DNA of 64,000 bases from Phoronis australis (Eukaryota; Animalia; Phoronida): the NCBI GenBank assembly GCA_002633005.1, contig NMRA01000110.1:144791-208790 (forward strand), read 5' to 3'. A program made the position numbers and the translations under genes. Under the pieces are notes generated by a model. It was not told where the DNA came from and did not search any database. It saw only the letters and a program-made list of their open reading frames with translations. This document shows positions 25,276 to 38,704 of this stretch, in pieces; position 1 is the first letter of the stretch; each line of letters begins with the position of its first letter.

Positions 25276-28200
25276 TTACTTCGCGAATAAATTTCGCCAA
25301 GTATGCTGCTCTTCCACTAAGTTTTGTTTGTTCGCACGATACAGGTCGCAATTTTCGTCCGATAATCACGAAATTTACACATAACACGTACTTCTGGAAG
25401 TACTAGACGTCTTTTGTTTTTCGTCAAAATCGGATTCAAGATGGCGGCTGTGGCGGCCATTTTGTTTTCATTTAAAGGTTTAAATGCTTCTGGAGGCTAC
25501 AATTTTTTACGCAAAAGGCTAAGAATCGGAACAGTAAATGGACCGGAAGTTTTCTACAAGTATACCAGAAATTGTTCACTTCCGGTTAAAGATGGCGGAA
25601 ATATCGGCGATCGCGCATGCGCACCTCGAATTTGTCCTAAAAACGTTTTCTCCTGTAGAGGGCGCATTGTGAGACCAATTCCTTTGAATTTTTACAGGTA
25701 TTAGTTTCTTATGGCATGCTATTATACAAAGCCAAAAACCTGGAAGTTGCTTTAAATATGGCGGTTCTGGCGCATGTTGACTTTCTTTCAGTCGTGCTGA
25801 GGTGCCACCTAAACGCGATGAGAAAATGACGTGAATTTTTATATGTGGATTTTTTCAGGTATACTCTTCCAAATGAACTTGAACAATTTTTTCTAAGACC
25901 TACCGTTTTCGATATATTTGACTTTAATTTTCTTTAAAAAAACCCAAAATTTCATTTTTTTCGAAAAAATTTACGGAATGGTGTGATACTATCAATTTAG
26001 GTAGAATTTTGAACGCACTTTCAGAAGATATTTTCCATTTTCCGCTACGACGTCTACTTTTTGAGTTATTTGAGATTTTCTGATAACGCTGTCCCTTTGT
26101 TGAGCGCTCTTGCTGCATTAATGTTGGTTTAGCTTCTATTGAACTAGACTGTAGCCTATTTGTTATTGATTTATGACATCTAAGTTCGTCATATGAATGT
26201 TATGATGTTGTTCATAATCGCCACCACCATCATCACATTCGTCATCTTCGTCATCATCTCCGACGTCGTCTTTTCTTCGATAATTTCGCCAAGTGTCGCT
26301 CAAGACTGTAGCCTATTTCTTAGTGGTTTCTGACCTCTACATTCGTAATATGAATGATATCATAACTTGCATTGTCCATCATCGCGACCATCGTCGTCAT
26401 AGCTGTCATATTCGTCATCATCTCTATCGTTGACTTATCTCGTCATCTCTAACGTGGTTTTTTTGGTTATTTTCGCCAAGTTTTGCTCCTCGGAGCGCTT
26501 TCATTACTTGGCGAAATAAATTTCGCCAAGTATGTTGCTCTTCCACTAAGTTTTTACTTGGCGGAATTCTTCCGCCAAGTATGTTGATCTGACAGCAAGT
26601 TTTTTTTACTTGGCGGAATTCTTCGAATTCCGTCAAGTATGTTGCTCTGACAGCAAGTTTTTTTTTTGTTTGTTCGCTCTCTACAGGTCGCAATTCTGGT
26701 CCGATTTTCACGAAATTTGCTCACAACATGTAGATCGGGAATCACTGGAAAGCTATTGTTTTTCGTCATGATCAAATACAAAATGGCGGACGTGGCGGCC
26801 ATTTTGTATCCGATTTCACAGTCAAATACTCGTACAGGCCGCATTTTTCGACCTACATGGCTGAAAATCGGTACGAATATACTAGAACGCATGTGCTACA
26901 ATTGTGCAGAAAATCGTTAACTTCCGGTTAAAGATGGCGGAAATAATGGACGTGGCGCATGCGCACCCCGAAATATGGCTAAAAACGTTTTCTCCTGTAG
27001 AGGGCGCAATTGCAAACCAATCACTTTCAAACTGGTCACGTGTTTGTTGAGTTTAATAAGCTTTTTAAAAAAATTATTGAACCGGAAGTCACCTTCAAGA
27101 TGGCGGCTGTGGGGCATGTTCGCACGGTTTCAATCGCTCTCGTGTCGCATTTTTTATGGGAAGAGCAAATGACGTGAATTTTTGCATGTGGATTCCTTAA
27201 AGTATGGCCTTTCAAAAAGTCTGCGAGAGCGTATTTCTCAGACTTACCGTTTTCGAGTTATTTGACTTTGAATTTCAAAAAAACGGCAAATTTTCAATTT
27301 TCTCGAAAATTTTTTGGATTTTTGCCAAACTACCACATTAGATAGAGATTTGAACGGGCTTTCAGAAGATATTTTCCATTTTGCGCTACGACGTCTACTT
27401 TTCGAATTATTCGAGATTTTTGGATACCGTTGTTCCTGTGCGAGCGCGCTGGTGGCTGGCTTTCAGTTCACTTTGTTTTGGTTATGCCTAGTTGACCCAG
27501 ACTGACCCAGATTGTTTTGATTATGCCTAGTTGACCCAGACTGACCCAGCCAGCACTGTCCTACTTTAAAGCATGGCTCGTCCGTCATGTTGCGCCATCT
27601 ATTGTTCTTCATTGTAGTTGATTGTATGCTCTCTATTTGATTTTTTGCTAGTCACATGAATGTTATCGTGTTTGACAAAGTACTATTTTAGATAGAAATT
27701 TGAACGGGCTTTCAGATGATAATTTTCATTTTGCGCTACGACGTCTACTTTTTGAATTATTCGAGATTTTCGAATACCGTTGTTCCTTCGGTCACACGCA
27801 GCTGGCTGGCTTTCAGTTCACTTTGTTTTGATTATACCTAGTTGACCCAGACTGACCCAGCCAGCACTGTTCTACTGTAGACTGGACAGTCATGTGGCGC
27901 CATCTATTGTTCTTTATTGTAGTTCATTGTATGCTCTCTATTTGATTTCGTCGCTAGTCACATGAATGTTATCTTGTTTGCCAAACTATTATTTTTGATA
28001 GAGTTTTGAACGGGCTTTCAGAAGATATTTTCCATTTTGCGCTACGACGTCTACTTTTTGAATTATTCGAGATTTTCGGATACCGTTGTTCCTTCTGTCA
28101 CGTATGCACGCAGCTGGCTGGCTTTCAGTTAGTTCACTTTGTTTTGGTTATGCCTAGTTGACCCAGACTGACCCAGCCAGCATTGTTCTACTGTAGACTG

Positions 28201-30588
28201 GACCGTCATGTTGCGCCATCTATTGTTCTTCATTGTAGTTCATTATATGCTCTCTATTCGATTTCTTCACTAGTCACATGAATGTTACCGTGTTATCCAT
28301 TATTGCCGACTTGATCGTCATGATTGTCGTCGTCGCTCTCATTGTCGTCTTTTCGATTAATTCCGCCAAGTGTCGCTCTTCCGAGCGCTCTCGTTTTTAC
28401 TTGGCGAAATAAATTTCGCCAAAGATTATGCTTCAAGTAAGATTCTATGAAATGTCCGATATTTAGGTTCCGTCCGATAATTAGGTACACTATGTGTAAG
28501 GTAATTATGTTGCTCTTCCAATCAAGTTAGTTTTTACTTGGCGAAATAAATTTCGCCAAGTATGTTGCTCTTCCACTAAGTTTGTTTGTTTTTTTTTCGC
28601 ACGATACAGGTCGCAATTTTCGTCCGATCATCACGAAATTTATACATAACACGTACTTCCGGAAGTACTGGAAGCCTACTGTTTTTTTGTCAAAATCGGA
28701 TCCAAGATGGCGGCTGTGGTGGCCATTTTGTTTTCATTTAAAGGTTCAAATGCTTCTGGAGGCTACAATTTTTTACGTTAAAGGCTTATTGAATCGGCAC
28801 AGTATATGGATTGGAAGTTTTCTACAAGTGTACCGGAAATTGTTTACTTCTGGTTAAAGATGGCGGAAATATCGGCGATCGCGCATGCACACCTCGATTT
28901 TGGCCTAAAAACGTTTTCCCCTGTAGAGGGCGCATTATAAGACCAATTCCTTCGAATTTTTACAGGTATTAGTTTCTTATGACATGCTATTATGCAAAGC
29001 CAAAAAACCGGAAGTTGCTTTCAAGATGGCGGATCTGGCGCATGTTGACCCATTTTCAGTCGTGCTGGAGTGCGATTCTAAACGGGAAGAGAAAAAGACG
29101 TGATTTTTTGCATGTGGATTCTTTGAAGTATATCCCTTCAAATGGCCTATAACAATTTTTTTCTCAGACTTATCGTTTTCGAGTTATTTGACTTTGAATT
29201 TCTTTAAAAAAACGCAAAATTTAATTTTTTCGAAAAATTTACGGAATTAGGCAATACCATCAGTTTAGATAGAATTTTGAACGGGCTTTCAGAAGATGTT
29301 TTCCATTTTTTGCTAGGACGTCTACTTTTCGAGTTATTTGAGATTTTCTGATAACGCTGTTCCTTTGTTGAGCGCTCTTGCTGCATTGANGTCGTCTCCC
29401 TCATCGTCGTCTTTTCGATTAGTTCCGCCAAGTGTCGCTCCTCCGAGCGCTCTCGTTTTTTTTGTTCGCACGATACAGGTCACAATTTTCGTCCGATCAT
29501 CACGAAATTTACACATAACACGTACTTCCGGAAGTACTGCAAGCCTATTGTTTTTCGTCAAAATCTGATCTAAGATGGCGGCTGTGGCGCCCATTTTGTT
29601 TCCGTTCAAAGGTTCAAATGCTTCTGGAGGCTACAATTTTTTACGTAAAAGGCTAAGAATCGGCACAGTAAATGGACCGGAAGTTTGCTACAAGTATACC
29701 GGAAATTGTTTACTTCCAGCTAAAGATGGCGGAAATATCGGCGATCGCGCATGCGCACCTCGATTTTGGCCTAAAAACGTTTTCTCCTGTAGAGGGTGCA
29801 TTATCAGACCAATTCCTTCGAATTTTTACAGGTATTAGTTTCTTATGACATGCTATTATACAAAGCTGAAAAACCGGAAGTTGCTTTCAAGATAGCGGAT
29901 CTGGCGCATGTTGATCCATTTTCAGTCGTACTTAGGTGCCATTTAAACGGGAGAAGAAAATGACGTGAATTTTTGCATGTGGGTTCTCTAAGGTATACTC
30001 TTTCAAATGGACTGTAACAATTTTTTTCTCAGACTTACCGTTTTCGAGTTATTTGACTTTGAATTTCTTAATTTACAGAATTAGGCGATACCATCAGTTT
30101 AGATAGAATTTTGAACGGGCTTTCAGAAGATGTTTTCCATTTTTCGCTAAGACGTCTACTTTTCGAGTTATTTGAGATTTTCTGATAACGCTGTTCCTTT
30201 GTTGAGCGCTCTTGCTGCATTGATGTTGGTTTATCTTCTATTGAACTAGACTGTAGCCTATTTCTTATTGATTTATGACATCTAAGTTCGTCATATGAAT
30301 GTTGTGATGTTGTTCATCATCGATCGCCACCACCATCATCATATTCGTCATCATTGTCATCATCTTCGTCATCATCTCCGTCGTTGTCTTTTCCGTTAAT
30401 TTCGCCAAGTGTCGCTCAACCTTTTTCTTACTGATTTCGGACTTCTACGTTCGTCATGTGTATGTTATTATTACTTCTTTTGTTCATCCTCGCCACCATC
30501 GACGTCATATTCGTCATCTTCGTCATCATATTTATCGTCATCTTTTTGGTTAATTTCAACAAGTTTCGCTCCTCGGAGCGCTTTCATA
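25276..30588 (+). mobile_element. Head-to-tail array of four Helentron-associated (HINE/DINE-1-type) elements
   Basis: Unit structure: 5' TTACTTGGCGAAA-TAAA-TTTCGCCAAGTA hairpin/subTIR, (TTTG)n tract, conserved body, (TCA/TCG) low-complexity repeats, 3' subTIR TTCGCCAAGT, CGCTC...GAGCG stem-loop, T-run. Junctions at about 26505, 28398 and 29460; the fourth unit lacks the 5' hairpin. Confidence 0.85.
27330..28292. repeat. Three ~305-350 bp internal tandem units inside HINE copy 2
   Basis: GAACGGGCTTTCAGAAGATATTTTCC...GTTGACCCAGACTGACCCAG block starting near 27352, 27702 and 28007. Confidence 0.9.
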
Positions 30589-31764
30589 TTTATATTTTTA
30601 TCTAAAGATAAAGTTGTTTTAATGTGAACTTGATATGAATTATATTGTGTCAGAGTTCTGCAATGTACCAGGGTCTGCCCCTGCTATCACTCGAAGGTCT
30701 GTGACAATAACCTGATTGTGAAGTGATCACATAATGCATGTAACATTCAGAAATTGAGCTGACATGAGAAAAAGTGTTTTGGTGTTAAATTTAGTGACTT
30801 GCAGGTTGCCAATGTGACCTCGGATTGTGTTTGGCTTCCTGGGAAAAATCCTAAGTCGGCACAGCAAGTATCAAAATCAGAAACAATTCATCTGATATTC
30901 ATTTCAAAGTTTGTGGTGTCTTTTAAAATTAAAATCGCTAACAATTTTCCCAGTTTTAATATTTGGTTCACAATTGATCTGTTTATTTCGTCAAGTCAGT
31001 GCATTTGCTGTCAGCACATGAACCCTCACCTCGTGTTCCTGCTTTTTTGCATGTTGTGCCTAGAATGACTTTCATGAAAAGAATCCGGTGGAGATTTGGC
31101 AACTTGACTGGTTTGCGCACCTCAGAATTTGTCGGGTTAGATCAAGGAGTGTTGTTGCGATAAATTAAGTCTCCTCAGGCTGCTGATGTTATCGTTCTCT
31201 AGATAATGATACACATGAGAGCCACTAACGGTATTTTTGAACATTTGTTTTGAAATTTTGTGAATAGCATAACGGTATTTGAATAGTTCGCAAAAATTCC
31301 ATACGATTGGGTTTTTGAATTTTAAAATTGGACAAGAAATGTGACTTTTTTACCTACGTTTGTTTCATATGTTGCAATAATAGGTTACTTATTAATTTTG
31401 CTGAGTGTGCAACATAATTTGGCAGATTTCTAGACCTGAGGCAACAATTGGATTTTGAGATAAGCCAAGTGTCATCCTACAATTCTTGGTATGTTAATTT
31501 ACATCTTCCCAATCAACCAACCAGTTACTTGAAAGTGCGAAAATCACAATTTCACACAAAAACACTTTTTTCAATTCCCAAAGGCATCTTACAATGTGGA
31601 CAATTATTGAAAAATATGCAAAATAAAACGCCAGTCTTCGTGTGAACTAAGTTTGTCGTACAAATTATTTGAGGAAAATTCCCTTTCTACGCTTAAAGAA
31701 ATTGTTTTCTATAAAATGACAGGAAGCATTGGTTGTATTTTCAGTTGAAAGACAATGTATAGTT

Positions 31765-31869
31765 ATGGCTGTACAGGAAACACTAAGTGGATCAGAACAT
31801 TATATTTGGTACCTTCATGACATTATTGGGAAAGGAGCCACAGGAAATGTTTTTAAATGTAGAAACAAA
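31765..31869 (+). CDS. TBK1: TBK1/IKK-epsilon-family Ser/Thr kinase, first coding exon
   Basis: MAVQETLSGSEHYIWYLHDIIGKGATGNVFKCRNK aligns with TBK1 [23 protein letters not shown]; acceptor tttcag at 31744; phase-0 donor GTAAGT at 31870. TBK1 and IKBKE cannot be distinguished from two exons. Confidence 0.9.
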
Positions 31870-31881
31870 GTAAGTATGTAT

Positions 31882-31920
<39 letters not shown>

Positions 31921-32639
31921 ATTTATCATCAGGAGGTTTCAGCCTACTGGTATAATCAGTGTTTTAACACCTTTTGTGCTATTATGGCAGTGTGATGTAC
32001 TAATGCCATACAATACATGTGACTTCCATCAATAATACCTACACAATTAGGAAATCCCAATTTAATATGAACCCGTCTATTCTGCTTTCCAAACACTTGG
32101 AAATTTAACGTAGCGAGGCACTGAGTATTCGGCTAAGACTTTAACAAATTTCATGTGCGCACTTGTGAATTGTTGTAAGTGAGAAACAAACAATGCACTG
32201 TAGAAAGACCAAATTTTCGCATCAACTAGATTGCTTATTTTTATTGTCTAATGCAAGAAGCATTGGACGAGATCCATCCATATACCGATTTTCAAAAAGA
32301 TCTGTCCGGGAATGCCGGAGATACAGCACAGAAACCCAATCAGTTATTGAGCAGTCACTTAAAAATCTCAAATAACTCGAGGATGGTATGTCCTAAACGA
32401 CAAAAATATATTGCACATTTCCAATAGCAGTTGAAATGATCTATTCACACAAAAAATCTTAAAAATTCTACCCGAAACAGATGAGCTATGTTTCCACAAA
32501 TTGAGAAATGACTGCCACAGTGCCATCTTGCGTCCGATTTCAACCAATTTATAATACAGTAATTCTTCACCTGTTTAGCCCATACTATGGCAGATATGTG
32601 AATTTCTATTTGTTAAATTTCTCAAGCAAATGAAAATTA

Positions 32640-33781
32640 AAAATGAAAGCGCTCCGATGAGCGACACTTGGCAAAATTAACAGAAAAGACGACGATAGAG
32701 ATGATGACAAATATGATGACGATGGTGGCGATGATGAACAATTCAAGTAATGATGACATTCACAAGATGAATGTAGAGGCCAGACATCAGTAAGTATAGG
32801 CTACAGTCTTGAGCGAAATTAACTAAAAAGATGATGACGAATATGGTGATGATGCTGCACAACATCATAACATTCATATGACGCACTTAGATGTCATAAA
32901 TCAGTAAGAAATAGGCTACAGTCTTGTTCAATAGAAGCTAAACCAACATCAATGCAGTAAGAGCGCTCAAGAAAGGAACAACACTATCAGAAAATCTCGA
33001 ATAATTCAAAAAGTAGACGTCCTAATGAAAAATGAAAGATATCATCTGAAAGCCCGTTCAAAACTACGTATCTAAATTGTTATTATCATGCACTTCCGTA
33101 AATTTTTCGAAAAAATGAAATTTTCCATTTGTTTAAAGAAATTCAAAGTCAAATAACTTGAAAACGGTAAGTCTGAGAAAAAAATGTTACAGTTCAATTA
33201 AAAGAGTACACGTCAGAGAATCCACATGCAAAAATTCATGTCATTTCCTCCTCCCATTTAAATGGCACCTCAGAACGACTGAAAATGGGTCAACATGCAC
33301 CAGATTCCCCATCTTGAAAGCAACTTCCGGTTTTTTAGCTTTATATAATAGCATGTCAAAAAAACTAATATCTGAAAAATAATCGAAAGAATTGGCCTTA
33401 TAATGCGCCCTCTACAGGAGAAGACGATTTTAGGCCAAAATCGAGGTGCGCATGCGCGATCGCCGATATTTCCGCCATCTTTAACCGGAAGTAAACAATT
33501 TCCAGTATACTTGTAGCACACTTCTGGTCCATTAACTGTGCCGATTCTTAGCCTTGTACATAAAAAATTGTAGCCTCCAGAAGCATTTGAACCTTTAATC
33601 GAAAACAAAATGGCCGCCACATCCACCATCTTGGATCCGATTATGACGAAAAACAATAGGCTTACAGTACTTCCCAAACTACGTGTTATGTGTAAATTTT
33701 GACAAAAATTGCGACCTGTATCGTGCGAACAAACAAAAAAACAAACTTGATGGAAGAGCAACATACTTGGCGAAATTTATT

Positions 33782-33786
<5 letters not shown>
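32640..33786 (-). mobile_element. HINE/DINE-1-type element, near full length, in the kinase intron
   Basis: Reverse complement of the 25-30 kb units; ends GGAAGAGCAACATACTTGGCGAAATTTATTTCGC, with the hairpin cut by a (CA)n tract. Confidence 0.85.
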
Positions 33787-33846
<60 letters not shown>

Positions 33847-33880
33847 ATCACAATCACACTCAATCACACACACAATCACA
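33785..33880. repeat. (CA)n microsatellite
   Basis: About 29 perfect CA units plus a degenerate tail. Confidence 0.95.
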
Positions 33881-34512
33881 CCTATTTACACTGTGCATGG
33901 TGCATAACTTGTATAAACAGGCTCTGTATTCACAATCAGAAACTGAAACTTCTTTTAATATAAGTTGTTATGTTTTGACATGTTGATGTTCTGTAAGGAA
34001 GTAAAATAAAACCAGTCTCAGCCACAGCAGTGACAGCACTAAAAATAGCACAGGTGAAGATACAGAGCTATGACTCAGCTATTACTACAAGCAACTGAGC
34101 TCATTCTTATCAGTTTCAATGGGTATTTGACATGTTTCTGCTAATAAAGTGCAAATACTAAATTAGTGGAAAAACCCAGCATGCAGGTTTGATAATATTC
34201 AACTGACACTCAGAAAGCGATAGTGAAAGTCAAGGGTTTGGGCTCATGTCCAAATAAAGTGACTGAAATTACTGGGAAACCAATTACTAAGTTATGGTGA
34301 TAAATAGCAGGAAGAGAAAACCAGGAAGGGACGACTAGCTGGTTATCTCTTCAAATAGGAATGACTGAATAAGGATTTACCCTAGAGGATTCAAATGGGG
34401 AACATGCACACATGGGTGGCGATCTTAACATGCTTTTCTGCACAGAATCAGCAAAAACTAATTGACACTTTATATTAACCTTAATGGATGATTGTCAGCC
34501 TTCATTGTATTG

Positions 34513-35176
34513 TATGGAAAGCCAAAGCGGAAAAAATTTCAGGACAAAAATCAAAATCTGCAGGACCAAAAAACTCAAAACCAAAAGTGCCAGGACCTTT
34601 GATTTATCACGTCAGGACAGAAAAATGATCACAGCAGGACAGAAAATTTATTACGTCAGGAAAATTTCACATCTCAGGAAAATTTCACCTCTCATGAAAA
34701 TTTCACGTCTTGAAAATTTCATGCCAAGAAGCCATTAACAAGCACGTGACCCTTCTAAGAGATGACCTAATGGGTACACCATATCTCACTGAAGAAATGA
34801 CATAATAGTTACACAAAGTCTCACCCAAGACAATCACAATATCATGACAATGAGGTTGAATTTATAGTGTCTTCTACCTTTTACAACAGAAGCCAAGGTA
34901 TACACTTGGACTAGACTTGAATACGGCTGAGTGTTACTGAGAAACAGCTGATCGTCATTGTCACATGTTATGGCATGAGATTTTCTCCTGGATAGAAATT
35001 TTCTCCTGTCAAGAAGTTTTGTGTCGTGGCATGATAAATTTTGTGTTCTGGCGTCATAAATTACAGGTTCTATCGTGAAAAATTTTGGTTTTGAGTATAT
35101 TTTTGGTCCGGCAAAGAATTTAATTATTGAATATAAAATTTGTGTTGTGGAATTTTTTCTGCTTAGGCTTTCCATA
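34513..35176. mobile_element. Foldback-type non-autonomous DNA element with long imperfect TIRs
   Basis: TATGGAAAGCCAAAGCGGAAAAAATT / AATTTTTTCTGCTTAGGCTTTCCATA; internal CAGGA...AAAAT subrepeats mirrored in the two arms; TSD unclear. Confidence 0.65.
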
Positions 35177-38100
35177 GCATTCACCTTTTCACCTTTGGGC
35201 ATGAGAGTGACTTACCCAGTATGCAGTGTGACAGTTGGATGTTTGTGAAAAGGTGACATTTCTCATTGAATTCCATTTGAAAATGTTCACTGTGTGCACT
35301 GGGAACTGCCAAATAGCTGATTTTTTCAGTAGAGCATACAGAAATATTTGTTGAATTGAAAGACTCCTATCCAAATTCCAAAGGGTTGTTTGTTCAATAA
35401 GCAAGTCATTTGAGAATACTACTATAGGAAAAGGATTGTACTATGGGAAAAACTATGAAAGGTTGAGTCTTGATTGGACCTCGTTACAAATGAGCATTTT
35501 ATTCATGGTACTAAAAACTGTGAATTTCTGAAAAGCTGCTGGTGGGAAAGCTCAGTTTCCAATACTTTAATCATATTGACTGCTTGATACTTCATTGGTT
35601 GTCTATCAAACTCAACACTACCTTAAGAGGCATCTGGATGGTATTTGGCACACAGCTACTGAAGAGATCACCCTGGGAGAGCATGCACATCAATCAATAC
35701 ATCATAGCTCACCTTTGAATAATATGTCCCGGTGAGACAGGTGGGATGTCGCTCTCAGCTCATCTGCTTAATTTAGATTTGCCTCCTGTCTGTCCGCAGG
35801 TCTTCGGTAACTGACACGGCATCAACTCGCAGGCAAAACTGTCCCTGCTATCCTGTATTTAAGCATGTCTGGGCTTGCTTGAATATCCCAAGCTACCTGT
35901 CCTGGTATGCTGTTCTCTCCCGGGATGCATTTCGTAGACCAAGTTTCATGTGAAAAGTGACATCACACAATCTTTGAGAAATATTGCAATGCACAGCAGG
36001 CAAAGCCCGTGATCACTCTAACTTTTCTAACTTGTCTTGGGTCTGCACAAGGCAGTCCTGGTAATAAAAACAAGAAGGATAAGTACCAAGAAAGATATTG
36101 CATTGCACACCAAGTTTATAGTTATAACTATGATGGACCAAGGTAAACTGAATTTTTGTTGTTGTTTTCATTAAAATGTTCTCTTTATCAGACTTTTTGC
36201 CACATGTAACCGTCTAATAACATCTGGCTCCTGTCAATTGCTGAACAGGTTGGAGCTATCATTGCTTATTGTACTATTTTTGTGGAAGTCTTTTTAGCTT
36301 TGAACACGAATTTATAAAAATTGAAACTGCAGTGGATAACATTTTTTTGAAGATCAATCTACCTGAGCAAAAAGTTTTTCCTATCACTTTGTTTCCAACA
36401 TCACAAAATTCCATTTAAAACAATTTTTAAGCTCCTACGTTCATTGTTGCATATCTTTTGTGAATGTCCCATTGCATTTCGGGGAAAATTACCGATAACT
36501 ATTGCCAATAACTATTGCCAATAACTATTACTAAGGCCAAAACTATTAAAACTAAATGCCCTTACTAAGTGGGCATCAAAGGTTTATCTTGTGAAAGTCG
36601 GTTGAAACCTGATCTTGCATGTGAAAATATGAATTTGAAGGTTGGAAGTGAATAGCCAGAGATGAAATGAATTATTAATTCAGTTTAAAAAAAAATCCTT
36701 AAAGATCAACTACACTATTTTCAGCTTACGAGGTATTGCTGCGAAGAAAATCAAACCTTGTTACCTGTCCTAAGTGGTGCCTAATACCATCTCCCTTGCA
36801 GCCTTGACCAGACACACCTCAGAGAAAGGCATTGAATCAGCAGGGACAGCCTCAAAAGTTTGTCTTTGTCTTTGCCTTTCTGATGCTGCTGCAATGTCTT
36901 TGCCTAGTTCCTGTTGTCTTGAAAATCCCCACCATCCTTATGGAAATCTTCAATCTGAATCAAAGGCTTGTTTGTTATCTAGTAGTACATTTATTAGGGC
37001 TGGCGTGTAATTGTCTAAACATCCAGAAAACATGCGTATAAGTTCAGTAGTCAACAATGAATGAAAAACAGGTATTTTTATTTGTGGAATAGCTAGGCAT
37101 GGAACTGCCTGTCAAGTTATCAGTTGTTTCTGTGGTGTGTCTGCCACAGGCACACAGTCCGCTTCCAGGTTATTGAGCCAACAGAAATTGTTGCTGAGAA
37201 GCAATCAGACTGACCCAGTTATGTTAACACAAAACTTTATCAGACTATTGATTGTGCCTGTGCTTAACTATTTATACAGTAACTCAAATATCACGACACA
37301 TGATCTGATATAGTATGAAATGACATGAAAATTCCACCTGACCGAACTACAAAAATAGAAGCCAGGGAATTTTTTTTACTGACTATGACACAAGACAGTC
37401 ACGTACTGTCAAATCCAAAAGATGTCGCTCATGCATGAATATTAAAACAGAATCCAGACATACATTTCTTCAATTTGTTTAATTTTGATGTCATCACTTT
37501 TTGAATATTGTAATGTTGACACACATATGATGTCTATTGACAAACACTGTGTTCCGAAACGACTTGCCTTTTTGTTACAAACCATACCATTTTTAATTCT
37601 CAATCTTTGCTGTGAGGGAACTCAAACCTTGTAAAGAAAACATCCCTCATTCAATTTATTCTCTTGATTTCTGAAGAACTTGTCTCATATTACAGAAAGC
37701 TACCATTAAGCATGGTAAAGTCTTGCGAATTTCAGACAAAAACAATTACTAAATTTGCCCTTTTTTCATTTTCCCAGGCTTCTGCATATGCATTAATTTG
37801 GTGTTACATATCTTTCATGGTAGAAAATGAGAAAATAAAATTTCATGTGTTGGCCATGTTGTGTCCTAAATTGGCGGCCTTTTATCAGAAGGTCACTTGA
37901 CATTAATCTACCAACTTCACTGCCTCATATGGTACAACTTGTGCCCCCAACTACAATTTAATGAGGTAACCACTAAGTTACTTGTTTGAAAGTGGTGCAG
38001 TGAAAAATGAGAATGTGGTCGAAATTGCAGAATATTGTATTACACAATTGTCCGAAATGTAATACACCTCTTAATTAAACCCATTCAAAATATGTCAGAA

Positions 38101-38704
38101 AATAATACTTTATGCGTTACATATCTAGATATATTTAACTAAATTAGTTCACCCTCCTAGGGTATAAGAATTAGAGAAAATAATATGATTGTCACATTTT
38201 GTCATCCTGTTAATACTTAATGGTTTGAAGTTGGTTTTGTTGCACATGCCATGTATATATTGAGAACTGTTCGAACTTCAGAGTATCATGCCATGTAAAT
38301 GTTACTACGCCAAGTCACATGACCTGATATGGCATCATGGAAATTCCAATAGTTTCACCACACACAAGCAAGTTGATATGGATTTTCTGAAGCTGCAGTG
38401 ATGTTGGGGAAATATCAACAACTTGGACTGAACCAACTCTGGTTCATAGAATGGGGGTGATACTATTATTCTCCTTATATTGATTTAACTTATGTATGAT
38501 TACTCTCACTACTTACCAAATTTAATTTTAAGACATTGAGTATTATTAAACTTGAGTTATTTGTATTATTTCTGATGTAATTTACAATAAATATATTGCT
38601 ATTTTCAAACCCTACAGCATCATTAAATGCATGTAGTCATTTCATATCACGGCCCAGTACATGTTGAGATACCGCAGAGCTGAATCTCCCCACATGGCTT
38701 TAAG

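Noticed and set aside
25414-33986. Recurring similar ORFs (NASGGYNFLRKRLRIGTVNGPEV...) and poly-HT/CV ORFs
   Set aside because: Non-coding repeat copies with inconsistent frames, and a (CA)n microsatellite.
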